A stretch of 64,000 bases of DNA from the human T2T-CHM13v2.0 reference genome, Homo sapiens, in the NCBI RefSeq assembly GCF_009914755.1, contig NC_060941.1. One strand, written 5' to 3'. Position 1 is the stretch's first letter. The number at the start of each line of letters is the position of its first letter. The position numbers and the translations under genes are program-made. Below the pieces are notes generated by a model, which was not told the DNA's origin, ran no database searches, and was given only the letters and a program-made list of their open reading frames with translations. Below are positions 1 through 18,765 of this stretch, piece after piece.

Positions 1-136
1 ATCATTTCATTTCACTTAGTTAAATGTTAGATGTTAATATTTCTGCTTCCTTTTTGAGGAAGGAGTTCAGACAGCAGGATTGGTAAGGGGCGGAGCAAAA
101 GTTCTCCCCCAGTTCCTGGAATTCCAAAGCCCTCCA

Positions 137-568
137 AAGTGGCAGGCTGAATAATGGTTACGGAAGGACCACATCCTAATCCCCAGGACCTGTGGATTAC
201 AGGCGTGAGCCACTGTGCCTGTATGGGAGATGACCCTGGACCAACCAGGTGGGTTCAATGTAATCACAGGGCCTCATAAGAGGGGGGCAGGAGGAGCAGC
301 AGCAGGAGACGTGACAACAGAGGGGATGTAGTGACGTGAGAATAGGGCTTGGTCAGGAACACAGGTGGCCACTGGAAGCTGAAAGACACAAGGACACTTG
401 TTCTCCCCTCGAGCCTCTGGAAGGAACCAGCTCTGCCCACACCCTGACTTTTGTCCTGTGAAGCTTATTTCAGGCTTCTGACTTCCAGAAACATTCTCCT
501 GAGATCAAATGTGTTAAGCCACTAAGCTTGTGGTAGTTTGTTACAGCAGCCACAGGAAACGATCACAT
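137..568 (+). mobile_element. MaLR LTR, MLT1D-like
   Basis: Starts TGGCAGGCTGAATAATGG; has CAATGTAATCACAGGG and the TTAAGCCACTAAG...GTTACAGCAGCCACAGGAAAC terminus typical of MLT1. Confidence 0.75.
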
Positions 569-1436
569 GTTCCTTCTGGACCAGCCAGCCAACAGAAGGC
601 CAGGTGGGACCCCGCAGAGACACTAGCCAGATGGACTAGCCACCAAATGCAAGGGAGCAAGGGCACCCGGCGGTTGTTCACCAACTCTTTGTCATTTTGT
701 TCCCTCGAGAGTGACTGACTGCAAATGACCAAGAGAAGCAAACAGAATGAATGAATTCGGGAGGCTACGAGTGGGCCTGGGTGATGCTTTTGGGCAAGGC
801 CCTGGAATAAGACCCAAGGGCACAGACCGCCCACAGCCTGGTCATGGGGCCCCAGGAGGGGAGGAGGGAGTGGCTGTGTGCATGAGGACAGCAAATGCGC
901 TGTGTTGCTAATGCCACGGGTCAGGACCAAGAACATGGACGGCAGCCACTGCAGGGCTGGGGTGGGAAAGGCCTCCAGAGAGGGCTTCGAGAAGGGCCTC
1001 AGGACACAGATCTCTTCTTGGCTGTGCTAGGCCCTCAACTCCTGGGCTGGGAAAATCTCTTCCCTTGTCTGGGCCTCCTATGAAACAAGGGGGTTGACGA
1101 GTGAGCCCTCTAAGCCTCCAGGTCAAACCCAAATTCAAAATGTTGCAGCAGAGGGCATTAGATCAATTGGGTTAACATCAATACAAACCTTTGATCCCAA
1201 ACCTAGAGTTGTAGTTTTAGATAAATGTATTTTGCATTCTTAGTCTCTAGAGGGGAAATGCTGTTCCCTATCTGCTTCAGGTGTAACTGACAATGATAAT
1301 AATAATACTTCTTCCCCACAAGTTTTAAGTCCAATAAATGTAATACTAATTACTATTACTGTGATTGGTAATGATAATGAGAAGGAAGCAGAAGACAGGC
1401 TAACTATGTGCCACATCCCATGCTGAGCACTTTGCA

Positions 1437-3373
<1,937 letters not shown>

Positions 3374-4206
3374 CATATAACTGAAATAATGATGTCACCA
3401 AGCAATGCTTATGCCTGCTAGGTATAATACTCTCTGGTATCTTCTCCTCTATTTCACTAAAATTTGTCTCTAAATTCATTTCCTGACTCATTACTGAGTC
3501 CTGACTTGTGGTTTGAAAAACAGGACCTCAGGACCTGTGAGGCCCTAGGACTGATGCAGGGTGGCAGGGCGACCTGAGATCCAGGCCCGAGGCACCCCTG
3601 CTCCCAGCTCCTGTCCCACTCAGCCCAAGAACTGTGTCTAGGCCCACAGCTAAAGCCACTCCGGCAGCTCCTGCGGCCGTCCCTTCCATGTGACCGATGC
3701 CTGGGCTCCAAGCCCGCCCTGCCTGTCCCGCCCACCTCAGCTAAGCTCCCCCACTCCCCACATCCCCTACTCCCTAGGCCATCTGGCCTGGATTTCACAC
3801 CCCAATTCCAAGTCTCTACATATGTTAGAATATAGCTTTGGCCACGTGTAATAGCAACACAAAACAAGAGAGCTTGAACAAGACAGATGCTTATTTCAGA
3901 GCCGCCTTGGGTATAAGAAGTCTGGCGTCAGGGAGGCAGTGCCAGTGCCCAGAACTCAGGCCGCCTCCATCATCCCTGCAGTACGGCCAGGTCTGCATGG
4001 TGTCCCTGCACACTGCCACCTCCAGCCACAGCCACCAGGAAGAGAGAAGGGGGAAGGGCAGGGAAGGTACCATCCTGCCCCTTAAAGGATACGCACTTAA
4101 AAGGAACACAGGATGCTTGTGCTCAAATCTTCACTGGTCAGAATTTAGTCACGTGGCAGCAACCAGCCACAAGAGACACTGATAGTTACCTGGATTTTTT
4201 TTTTAG

Positions 4207-4499
<293 letters not shown>

Positions 4500-4879
4500 T
4501 GAGCCACAGCAGTTTGTGGCACCCCAGGACCAGGGCTCTTTAGGACTGAGACCTTTGCCTTGCTTTTTTTTTTTTTTGAGACGGAGTCCCCCTCTGTCGC
4601 CCAGGCTGGAGGGCAGTGGCGCGATCTCGGCTCTCGGCTCACCGCAACCTCTGCCTCCCAGGTTCAAGCAATTGTCCTGCCTCAGCCTCCTGAGTAGCTG
4701 GGATTACAGGTGTGCATCACCACGCCTGGCTAATTTTTTTTTGTACTTTTAGGAGAGACAGGGTTACACCATAATGGCCAGGCTGGTCCCAAACTCCTGA
4801 CCTTGTGGTCTGCCCTCCTTGGCCTTCCAAAGTGCTGGGATTACAGGTGTGAGCCACCATGCCCGGCCTGCCTTGCTCT

Positions 4880-5405
4880 TATAAGTTCTTATCTAAGAAC
4901 TTCCATCTGTGGGGTCAAGCATGACTCTTTTAAATACTAATCCACCATGCCACTTCTGACTAACTCTTGAGTCCAGGAATGCCTCCAAAATGTGGGGTTG
5001 ACATATTGCTTTTTACGTAGAAACACCTAGTCACTGTAAGATTCACCTTTCTTCCAAAACAACCCTGGATGTTGTTGCATACATCATAGGCTGTGATGCC
5101 CATAGCCACCTACACACTCCTTCCAGAGCACTATGCTTCTTCCCCAAGACATAAGACCTGGATCTGGGGGATTGCAACGTGAGGATCTACCTGTCTTGTG
5201 GCCACCCAAGACCACGCTTCTGTCTATAAATGCCCCTAATAAATCACCCTATACCGACAACTGAATGTCTGCCCCATTCTTTGGTTTTTTGGCTCCTCTG
5301 GCATTTGGGGGCCACTTTGCACATACAGCCCTTTTGGGGAACAGCCTCCTGCATGCTGGCCCCTGCTGGAGCCTGGCCTCCCACTGACAACCCTTTCACA
5401 TTGAC
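4880..5405 (+). mobile_element. ERV1 LTR, MER31/MER67-like
   Basis: GGATCTACCTGTCTTGTGGCCACCCAAGACCACGCTTCTGTCT then CCTAATAAATC; clearly homologous to 54100-54530. Confidence 0.6.
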
Positions 5406-5638
5406 CGCTGGAGTAGTTTCCTGTGGCTGCCATAGCAAATCAACACAAAGTTGGTGGCTTAAAACAACAGGACTTCAACAGATCTTTTTCAGAGATATGA
5501 ATCTACCCACAATAGTCTACCCTCTGGTTCCCATAAATTCATGTTCTTCCCACTTGCAATGTATAGTCACCCTATTCCAACACCCCTAAAAGTCTGAACC
5601 CATTCCATTATCAACTCCAGTTACAAAATCTCATCTAA

Positions 5639-5914
<276 letters not shown>

Positions 5915-6589
5915 TAAATAGCTGGGATTACAGGTATGCGCCACCACACCTGGCTAATTCTGTATTTTTAGGAGGGATGGGGTTTCACCATTTTCTCCAC
6001 GTTGGTCAGGCTGGTCTCGAACTTCCGACCTCAGGTGATCCACTTGCCTCGGCCTCCCAAAGTGCTGGGATTACAGGCGTGAGGCACCGTGCCCGGCCGA
6101 TGCAGTTCTTATAAACAGCAAAGTCTTGCTTTTGAATTACGAGTCTGTAGCCTCTTTTCTCCGCAACATTGAGCCTCTGCCAACCTTGTTAAAACTCAAG
6201 GATTCTTTTGTTATAACACTAAGAGTTGAAGGGGAGAATGGATATGGGCTACAGCTAGCCTTTTCTGCCACAATTCCACTTGTCACAGACATGTTAGTTC
6301 CCATTTGAAATTTTTCTGCACCATACAAAATTTAATCCTCAGGCCCATGTGGTCTGTGGGTGGGTCTTGTTCAGCCCCAACAAATGAAAGAAGATTAATT
6401 AACAGAAGCAGCTGCAGCTGGGCCTGGAGGCAGTGGCTCTACAGCAGCAGTGAGAGCCGAGCTGTGGCAGACACATGCTCTTCCCCTGACTCACGGCTGC
6501 CCAGTTCCCTCCAGCGAGGCTGCTGACCTATTTTTCTATTAGGAACAACCAGCCAATGTGATAATGAGGAAAATGTATTCTGGCCCCTA

Positions 6590-6710
6590 TGAAGTTTAGT
6601 GAAGCCCGAATGAAGTGGAGGAGGCCACGGAGATGCACGAGGAAGAGCATTCCAGGCAGAGGGAACAGCGAGGACAAAAGCCCCCGGGCAGGAATGGGTG
6701 TGCAAGCCTG
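6590..6710 (-). mobile_element. L2 fragment
   Basis: GGAAGAGCATTCCAGGCAGAGGGAACAGC is the reverse complement of a hallmark L2 segment. Confidence 0.7.
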
Positions 6711-6813
6711 AGATCCAACATGGCGGAGAGCAAGCCGGAAGTGCTGCGCGGGGATCCTAAGGGAGCACTGAACAGGACAAGCTCAGTTTTGTCCCTCAAA
6801 CCTCCACAATCAG
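6700..6813 (+). ncRNA. Candidate first exon of a spliced transcript (probably the intergenic lncRNA I recall as LINC01563; not verifiable here)
   Basis: YY1-type CAACATGGCGG 6716-6726, ETS CCGGAAGTG 6735-6743, local CpG cluster, consensus donor CAG|GTAAGT at 6813/6814. 5' boundary unknown. Confidence 0.5.
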
Positions 6814-6925
6814 GTAAGTCAGTCGGCCTCGCATAAGATATATGTTTTCCCCACCAATCTCCATTCTGAGGAGTGGAGTAGAAACTCCCTCTCCTCTCAT
6901 GAAATGTTGAGTATCAGGGAGCAAG

Positions 6926-7590
6926 TGTGTGCTAAAAAGGGTTACCTCGGTGGAACTAGGTTGCTCAAATCCTGAACATTCCGAAGGAAGGACTGGCCCC
7001 TGACCAGCTCTGGGGAGCTAACTTCTGGGTCTTTGGAATATGCCTGAGGAGAGCACCTTTGTGACCTGAGACTTCAGCCCTGCCTACACCTTATGCTAAC
7101 AGTGTGGTTTATGGGGAAGACCTGTTTTTATTTGCTGGGAGCCCTGGGCCATGCTGTATCTCTTTGACTTCTGGATGGGTGGGGAACTGAGGAATAAATT
7201 GCTAAGGCCAGTCATGTAGATGCTCCATGCCTATATGACTGACCTCCAATAAAAATCCTGGCACCAAGACTTGGGTAAGCTTTCCTCATTGACAGTAATT
7301 GGTGTGTATTATTGTCACACGTTGTTGCTGGGAGGACTAAGTGTTGTCCATGTGACTCCGCAGAGAACTCCTGGAAGTTCACCCCGGTTTCTCCTGAACT
7401 CTGCCCTATTGTCCCTTTTTCCTATGCTGATTTTAATCTGTATTCTTTTTATCCCCAAGTTCTGGCAAGTCTTTGATGTATTCTTTTCCCATAATAAACT
7501 GTAACTGTGAGCATAACAGTTTTTCCAAATTCTGTGAGCCCTCCTAGCGAATCATCAAACCTGAGAGTGGCCTGGGGGACCACAAAACAA
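6926..7590 (+). mobile_element. MER21-like LTR
   Basis: CCTATATGACTGACCTCCAATAAAAATCCTGGCACCAAG...GCTTTCC and AATCATCAAACCTGAGAGTGG motifs. Confidence 0.7.
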
Positions 7591-8194
7591 AGTTGAATTC
7601 ATCCCATCTATTTTTCCATCATCTTGCTACTCTACCTAGTGTCAAAGCCCTAGTAGGAAGAGTCTGATTGGCTAACTTGAGTCACCCAGCCCATCTTGGC
7701 CAGGGGAGGACAGGCACCTTGACAAGCAGGCCCCACACAGCTGCACTGAGTGGGAAGGAGGATGCCCAAAATTACTTGTATCAGGAAGAGAGAGTTGGGG
7801 CCAGTGTGGTGGCTTACACCTGTAATCCCACTGCTTTGAGACGCTGAGGCAAGAGCATTACTTGAGCCCAGGAGGTTGAGGTGGCAGTGAGCTGTGATCA
7901 CTCTTCTACTCTCCAGCCTGGGTGACAAGACCCTGTCTCAAAAAAAGCCAAAACAAAACAGGAGAGTTGGGAGCTGGGATTCTGGTCAGGTCAAATAGTT
8001 AATATATGCACCAGGCAGGGAAATGGGAGTCCACGTTAGCAGGAAAAAGTTGGAGTCTTCTGGAGATACTGACCAAAAAGCCATGTGGTATCTGGGTTTG
8101 TATCCATCCAACTGTTGGCATCAAGAAATCACAACAGTCATTGGAGAGTGTCAGCTGCAGGATGCAACAGAATGTCAAAGATCCAGAGATTTTT

Positions 8195-8670
8195 GTTGTG
8201 GGTTGAATTATGTCCACTCCTGCCAAAATATGTTAAAGTCCTAACCTCTGGTACTTATTTGAAAATAGAGTCTTTGCAGATGTAATGAGGTTAAGATGAG
8301 GTCATACGGGATTAGGATGGGCCCTAAATCCAATGGCTGATTCCTCACAAAGAGAGAGATTTGATGACAAACAGGTGCACAGAAAGAAGGCCATGTAAAG
8401 ACGGAGGCAGAGGTTGGGGTGATTCAACCCAAGGAACACCAAGGATTGCTGGCAGCCAGCAGAATCAGGAAGGGGCAACAGTGGATTCTTCATGGAGCTG
8501 TCAGAGCATAACCCTGCCAAAACCTTGATTTCAAACTTCTGGCCCCAAGGACCATGAGAGAATCAATTTCTGTTGTTTTAAGCCACCAAGCATGTGGCAA
8601 TTTATTATGGAAGCCCTAGGAAACCTTACAGATTTTGCCACTGGAAAGGGAGTGCTGCTTCTAAAGATAC
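8195..8670 (+). mobile_element. MLT1C-like LTR (to 8630) plus first ~40 nt of MaLR internal sequence
   Basis: TGTGGGTTGAATTATGTCC start, AGCCCTAGGAAACCTTACA end, then GATTTTG...GGGAGTGCTGCT as at MLT-int starts. Confidence 0.75.
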
Positions 8671-9250
8671 GGGTTGAATTGTCCACGCGGACGGCCAGTG
8701 CTGTAGAAAAATGATTGAAATGTCCACTCCTGTATCTACCAATCCTTTAAATTTCTTTCCCTGAATAGTTATTTCACAGGTAGGACGTTTATTAGTAATT
8801 TGATTTAGCCAATAAGCTGCTTTGCCTTATTTATTTGTGCTTCCAAATCCTCCTGTTCATTTAATTTTACTTTTCCCCATTTCCATATACGGCACAACAA
8901 GGAGCTATGCTGTATGCTCTCCTGGCTCTGCTTTCCAGGGAACAGAAGTAGTTATAACAATTTGAATTTCCCCATTGTAATCTTAATGACTCCTATATGT
9001 ACTTGCACTCCTTTTAAATTTAAACGAGACCTGCCTAGAAGCAATCCTACCATCCCTGCTGGCAAGGGTCCACAGACGCCTGTTAGCACTTTTTGCAGGG
9101 GTTCCCCAGGCAGAAGGCTCACAGCTTTTGTGCAGCATAAATCTACTGCGGCACTACCGGCTGTAGCAGGGGACAGACATTGTACAGGGGTGAGGGAATG
9201 GCCTGAGCTGGAAATGCCCTGGTTTAGAACGGGGCCCAGGACAGGCCCCT
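8671..9250 (-). pseudogene. pro: HML-3 dUTPase-protease remnant, truncated shortly after the active site
   Basis: GSAAVDL...GLLLGRS (dUTPase motifs), GGFGST, and GKKFKGLVDTGVDISII with catalytic DTG at 8736-8728. Confidence 0.85.
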
Positions 9251-9289
9251 CATGGCATTTCCCAAAATCACGTTCCCATCTTTATCAAA

Positions 9290-10780
9290 CTTAGAGTGAC
9301 ATTTATTAGCCCAATGTTTTCCTTTTTTACATTTTGGACATATTTCAGACTCAGCAGTTTTCTTTTTTCCTCCATCTGGCAGCCTGACTCGCTGATTCTT
9401 TCTCTATTTTTTTAATATGACCATGCTTCCCATGGTTAAAACAAGCTCCAGGAAACACAGTATTTCCTTTACCCACTCTCAGTCCTGCCATAGCTTGTGC
9501 CAACAAAGTAGCTTTATGCAGACTACCTCCAATACTGTCACAGGCCTTAATATAATCAACTAAATGTGCTTTCCCTCTAATAGGTCGCAGAGCGGCTTGG
9601 CACTCAGGATTGGCATTGTTGAAAGCTAGTAACCGCAACACTATATCCTGAGCAGCCGAATCTGCAATCACCTTTTTAAGAGACTCCTGTAACCGAACTA
9701 TAAAATCTGCATATGGTTCTTTTGGTCCCTATTTTATAGCACTAAAGGAAGGGTATTGTTCTCCTCCTGAAGTGATTTTTCCCATGCTCTAATGCACACT
9801 CCTCTAAGCTGCTCTATGGCATCATCCTGCATTACCACTTATGCATCTAAACCAACCCAGCTGCCGACCCCCAAAAGTTGGTCTGCAGTTATATTAATTT
9901 GAGGTTGGGCCTGGGCGTTGCAAGCAGCCTGAATGGAAGCTTCATCTGCCCACCAAGTTTTAAATCGTAAGAACTGAGCAGAGTCAGGCAAGCTCGAGTA
10001 AAAGCATCCCAGTCAGTAGAAATCATCCCACTGGAGACAGCAACATTCTTTAACTGTCACATCACAAAAGGAGAAACTGGTCCATATTGATTACTAGCTT
10101 GTTTAAATTATTTAAGTACTTTAAAAGGAAAAGGCTCAAATGTAGCTATAATATTCCCCTGTTGATCAGGTGGGTGTGTTCTAACAGGGAACTGCCAAGC
10201 ATTCATATCACCCTCTCGTCTAGCTTGCTGGATTCCTGCCTGAATAGAACTGAGAGTGGTCACTCGAGGCGCTGCTCGAATAGTCACTTGGGCAACTGCT
10301 TTTCGTCCAGTGTCCTCTGGAAAAGAAAGATCTGAGGGTCAGGCCACTCTTTTTCTTCAAAATAATGAGGCGGTGTAGAGGGGTAGGGACAAACCTCTCC
10401 CTCCTTTGCCGCTTTAGCTGGCAAGCAAACCTGCTCTGTCACCTCTTCTGTTACTTCGTTATACTCTCCTTCTTCCTCTGATTCCTCCTCCTTGTCATCT
10501 GTGTGAAAAGGCTCCAAGGTGGAACGAACCAGAGCCCACACTGACCAGACAGTTATAGGAATATCCTCAGCACTATCCTTATATGCCTTTTTCAGTGAGC
10601 TGCCTACCTTCTCCCAGACCTCTACATTCATAGTTCCTCAGTCCAGAAACCAGGGGCAATATTTCTCTACTGCACTAAAAAGCTGCATAAGTTGGCTAGT
10701 GCTAACCTTCACTCCTCCTTTCTGAGCAGCTGCCGAAGCAGACTCATATAAGCCTCCTGCCTGCTGGACCCTTGTCCCAT
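9290..10780 (-). pseudogene. gag: HML-3 gag, disrupted by frameshifts and stops
   Basis: ATG at 10780 (MGQG, myristoylation type); matrix VWEKVG...VWSVWALV; major homology region K*GPKEPYADFIVRLQE; capsid C-terminal NANPECQ; zinc knuckles CFNHGKHGH (degenerate) and CPKCKKGKHWANKC. Confidence 0.9.
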
Positions 10781-11417
10781 TGTTACCCGGATGCTTCCGA
10801 GCTCCCCTTACTCACCACAGGGATTGCTTAAGAGTACTCGGGTGTCCTCCAGTGTAGGTCCACATTCTCCAACCGTTGCTCCGGCAGCCCTTCGACCCAG
10901 GTTCGAGCCCCACATTTGGGCGCCACTTACCAAGGCCAGCTCGGTCGTGGAGACCTCAACCCAGCAGTGCTAGAGGAATGAAGACAAAGACACAGAAATA
11001 GAGTGCAAAGTGGATCGGGGGCTGACAGCCTTCAGAGCTGAGAGCCACGAACAGCGTTTGACCCACATATTTATTGACAGCAAGACAGTGAAAAGGATTA
11101 TTTCTATAGATTATAGATTAGCTAAAAGCATTCCTTATGGGAAACAAAGGGACAGACTCTGGCTTGTTATCTGCAGCAGGAACATATTCTGAAGGCACAG
11201 ATCACTCATGCTATTGTTTGTGGTTTAGGAACGCCTTGAGTGGTTTTCTGCCCTGGGTGGACCAGGTGTTCCTTGCCCTCATTCCAGTAAACCAACAACT
11301 TCCAGCGTGAGTGTCATAGCCATCACAAGCATGTCACAGTGCTGCAGAGATTTAGTTTATGGCCAGTTTCTCATGGCCTGTTTATGGCCAGATTTGGGGG
11401 GCCTGTTCCCAGCAACA

Positions 11418-12747
11418 TTTTTCACAGGAATATAAAAAATGATGGTAAAATTCATATGGAACCAGATCGGGCACAGTGGCTCTCGCCTGTAATCCCAGCA
11501 CTTTGGGAGGCCAAGGCAGGTGGATCACCTGAGGTCAGGAATTTGAGACCAGCCAGGTCAACATGGTGAAACCCTGTCTCTACTAAAAATACAAAAAATT
11601 AGTCAGGCATGGTGGCAGGTGCCTGTAGTCCCAGCTGCTTGGGAGGTTGAGGCAGGCGAATCTCTTGAACCCAGGAGGCGGAGTGCAACCATTGCAGTGA
11701 GCCAAGATTGTGCCATTGCACTCCAGCCTGGGCAACAAGAGCGAAACTCCATCTTGAAAAAAAAAAATTCATATGGAAACACAAAAGACACTGCATGGTC
11801 AAAACAATCTTGAGCAACAAAACCAAAGCTGGAGGCATCACACTAGTTGGCTTCAAAATATATCACAAAGCTTAGTAATCCAAATAGCATGGTAGTGGCA
11901 TAAAAACAGACACATAGACCAATGGAACGGATTAGAAAGCCGAGAAATAAATTCATGCAGTTATAACCAGCTGATTTTTGGTGAAGGTACCAAGAACACA
12001 CAATGGAGAAAGGACATCTCTTCAACAAATGGTGTGGGGAAAACTGGATGTCCACAAGCAAAAGAATAAAATTAGATCTTTATTTCACTCCATATACAAA
12101 AATCAAAATGGATTAAAGACTTAAATATATCTGAAACTGTATAACTACTAGAAGAAAACAGAGGGGAAAAGCTCCATGAGCTCCACTGGTCTGGGCAATA
12201 ACTTTTTGGCTATGACCCCAAAAACATAGGCAACAAAAGCAAAAGATGTAGATGAGATTACATGAAAATGAAACACTTCTGCACAGCAAAGGAAACAATC
12301 AACTGAGTGAAGTGACAACCTGTAGAATGGAGAAAATATTTTCAAACCATACATCTGATAATGGGTTAATATCCAAAATATATAAAGAACCCAACTCAAT
12401 AGCAAGAAAACAACCCAATTAAAAAATAGGGGAAGGATATGAATAGACACTTCTTAAAGAAGACATACAAACAGCCAATGGGTAAACGAAAAAAAAATTA
12501 TCATCACTAATCATGGGGAAAACGCAAATTAAAATCACAATGAGCTATCACCTCACACCTGTTAGAATGGCTGTTATCAGAAAGACAAGGGGTAACAGGT
12601 GTTGACAAGGATGTGGAGAAAAGGGAACCATTTTCCCTTTTGTTGGTGGGAATGTGAATTAGTACAGCATTATGGAAAACAGTATGGAGGTTCCTCAAAA
12701 AACTAAAAATAAACTAACATATAATCCAGCAATTCCACTACTGGGTA
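11418..12747 (+). mobile_element. L1 ORF2 3' region, with an Alu at 11465-11765 (TSD AAAATTCATATGGAA)
   Basis: L1 hallmarks AAAGCTGGAGGCATCACAC, TTCAACAAATGGTG, CACACCTGTTAGAATGGCT, CCAGCAATTCCACTACTGGGTA. Confidence 0.9.
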
Positions 12748-13309
12748 TGAGGCAGGGGAATAGGGTCTGGAGGCAGGGAACCTAAGGCTGATTAGCACAG
12801 ACTTCCTAGAGCTGAATCAAAAGGAAAATCCCACCTCTCCACACCAAAGTAACAGAAGGATCAGAGGCTACTCCGTTTGCACTACTTTGCAGATGAAAAA
12901 TGGAAAGTACCTCTGATTGGTCGCCTCCCACAACCAATCAAACTGGTCATGGGCCTAACCTTCATATGCACAGGGGTGTAACTTTGTTACTTCACCTCAG
13001 CCTCTGATTGGTAGCCTTCCCCAGACAATCAGACTGGTCGTGGGCCATTCCTTCATTTACATAGGGTGTAACCAGGTAACCAATGGGAAACCTCTAGAAG
13101 GTATTTAAACCCCAGAAAATTCTGTAACCAGTGCTCTTGAGCTGCTTGCTCAAGCCTGCTCCCAACTCTGTGGAGTGTACTTTCATTTCAATAAACCTGT
13201 GCCTTCGTTGCTTCATTCTTTCATTGCTTTGTTTGTGCGTTTTGACCCAGTCTTGTTCAAAACATCAAGAACCTGGATGACTTGTAGTCAAGACCCTCGA
13301 CTGGTAACA
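12748..13309 (+). mobile_element. MER51-family LTR (possibly chimeric)
   Basis: TGAGGCAGGGGAATAGGGTCTGGAGGCAGGGAACCTAAGG ... CTGGTAACA. Flanks GGTA and CTAG do not form a TSD. Confidence 0.85.
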
Positions 13310-14665
<1,356 letters not shown>

Positions 14666-14880
14666 TAATCCTCCCACCTCAGCCTCCCAAAGTGCTAGAA
14701 TTACAGTCATGAGCCTCCATGCCTGGCCTTGACACTCTATTTTTTCCTAAAGTTCTGGTTTTCATCTAGTATTCTTTCCCCTTGGCTGAATAATTTCTTT
14801 TAGGATTTTTGCAATGCAGGTATACTAGTGATGAATTCTTTTAATTTTTAAAAGTATAATTTTAATTTTTTATAGTATAA

Positions 14881-15027
<147 letters not shown>

Positions 15028-15217
15028 TGAATAGCTGGGACTACAGGTGTGCACCACCACACCTGGCTAATTTTTGTATTTTTAGTAGAGATGGAGTTTC
15101 ACCATGTTGGCGAGGTTAGTATTGAACTCGTGACCTCAGGTGATCAGCCTGCCTCAGCCTCCCAAAGTGCTGGAATTACAGATATGAACCACCACACCCG
15201 GCCTGTACATTCATTTA

Positions 15218-16890
<1,673 letters not shown>

Positions 16891-17660
16891 CTTCCATGTG
16901 TGATAAACTGCTTTCCTCTTGCTGCTGTTGGGAGACAATTTTCCACGATTCTCCGTTTCCTCACATCTAGGCATTAACAGCAAATTTCCTCAGATATATT
17001 ACATTCCAGGATAGTAAAAATAAAAGAAGGTTTTTTTTTTTTTGAGACAAGGTCTCCCTCTGTTGCCCAGGCTAGAGTGCAGTGGCGCCATCTCGGCTCA
17101 CTGCAACCTCCGCCTCCTGGGTTCATGTGATTCTACCACCTCAGCCTCCTGAGTAGCTGAGATTACAGGCACATGCCACCATAGCCTGGCTAATTTTTGT
17201 ATTTTTAGGAGAGATGGATTTTCACCATATTGGTCCGGCTGGTCTTGAACTCCCGACCTCAGGTGATTCGTCTGCCTTGGCCTCCCAAAGTGTTGGGATC
17301 ACAGGCATGAGGCACCGTGCCTGGCCAGAGTTTCCACTCATTCTCCGCAGAAAGGTCCATTCCCGTAGGTACTTACTCTGCCACACAGAACCAGAACCTC
17401 CATGAGTCTCTGCTAGTGGCGTTCACTGTTTTTTTCCTTCCTTGTAATTTATTTATTTTTAAAAAACTGGGTGCCTTCGTCCTGTAGGGGTTCCACCTTT
17501 GTGTATTTTGCTGTTGCATCCCCATTATGTCATTTTATTTTAAAAATATTTCACCATATTTGCTTCAGGTTTCTCTTTTTAAAGAAAATCTTATCAACAG
17601 TCCTGTGTTTGTTCCTTTTGTGTGTTTACAGTGAGTGGATGTTCTATAATGTATCTATCA

Positions 17661-18325
<665 letters not shown>

Positions 18326-18765
18326 TTTCTTATTCTATCCAAGCTGTTTCTGCTGAGATGGTTGGTTGGATCCCAGTGTTGCAGGTCTCATCTCTCCAAC
18401 AAGGGTTTGGCCACCACATCTTTGGTGGTTTATTTTATTTTTAAAAATTCCTATTTTGGCTGGGTGCAGTGACTCATGCCTGTAATCCCAGCACTTTGGG
18501 AGGCCGAGGCAGGCAGATTGCTTGAGGCCAGGAGTTCAAGACCAGCCTGGGCAACCTGACGAAACCCTGTCTCTACAAAAAACACAAAAACTAGCCAGAA
18601 TATGGTCGTCTATACCTGTAGTCCCAGCTACCTGGGAGGCTGAGGTGGGAGGATCTCTTGAGTATGGGGGGTTGGAAGCTGCAGTGAGCCAGGATTGTGC
18701 CACTGCACTCCAGTTTGGGTGACAGAGCGAAACCCTGCCTCAAAAAATAAATATTTCTTATTTAT

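Larger units (their letters stand above)
8671..11417 (-). mobile_element. Truncated HERV-K(HML-3)/HERVK9 provirus: 5' LTR MER9 (10928-11417), PBS, gag, dUTPase-pro; no pol/env/3' LTR
   Basis: MER9 termini. tRNA-Lys-like PBS TGGCGCCCAAATGTGGGG (10925-10908). Betaretroviral gag and protease motifs on the minus strand. Confidence 0.9.

Noticed and set aside
9351-10631. Possible functional Gag from the 106-aa and 115-aa ORFs
   Set aside because: Frames are separated by stops and frameshifts, the major homology region has an in-frame stop, and the first zinc knuckle is broken.
10880-10925. tRNA-like sequence (GGTTCGAGCCCCAC...GGGCGCCA)
   Set aside because: This is the HML-3 primer-binding site and leader, complementary to tRNA-Lys; no full tRNA body.
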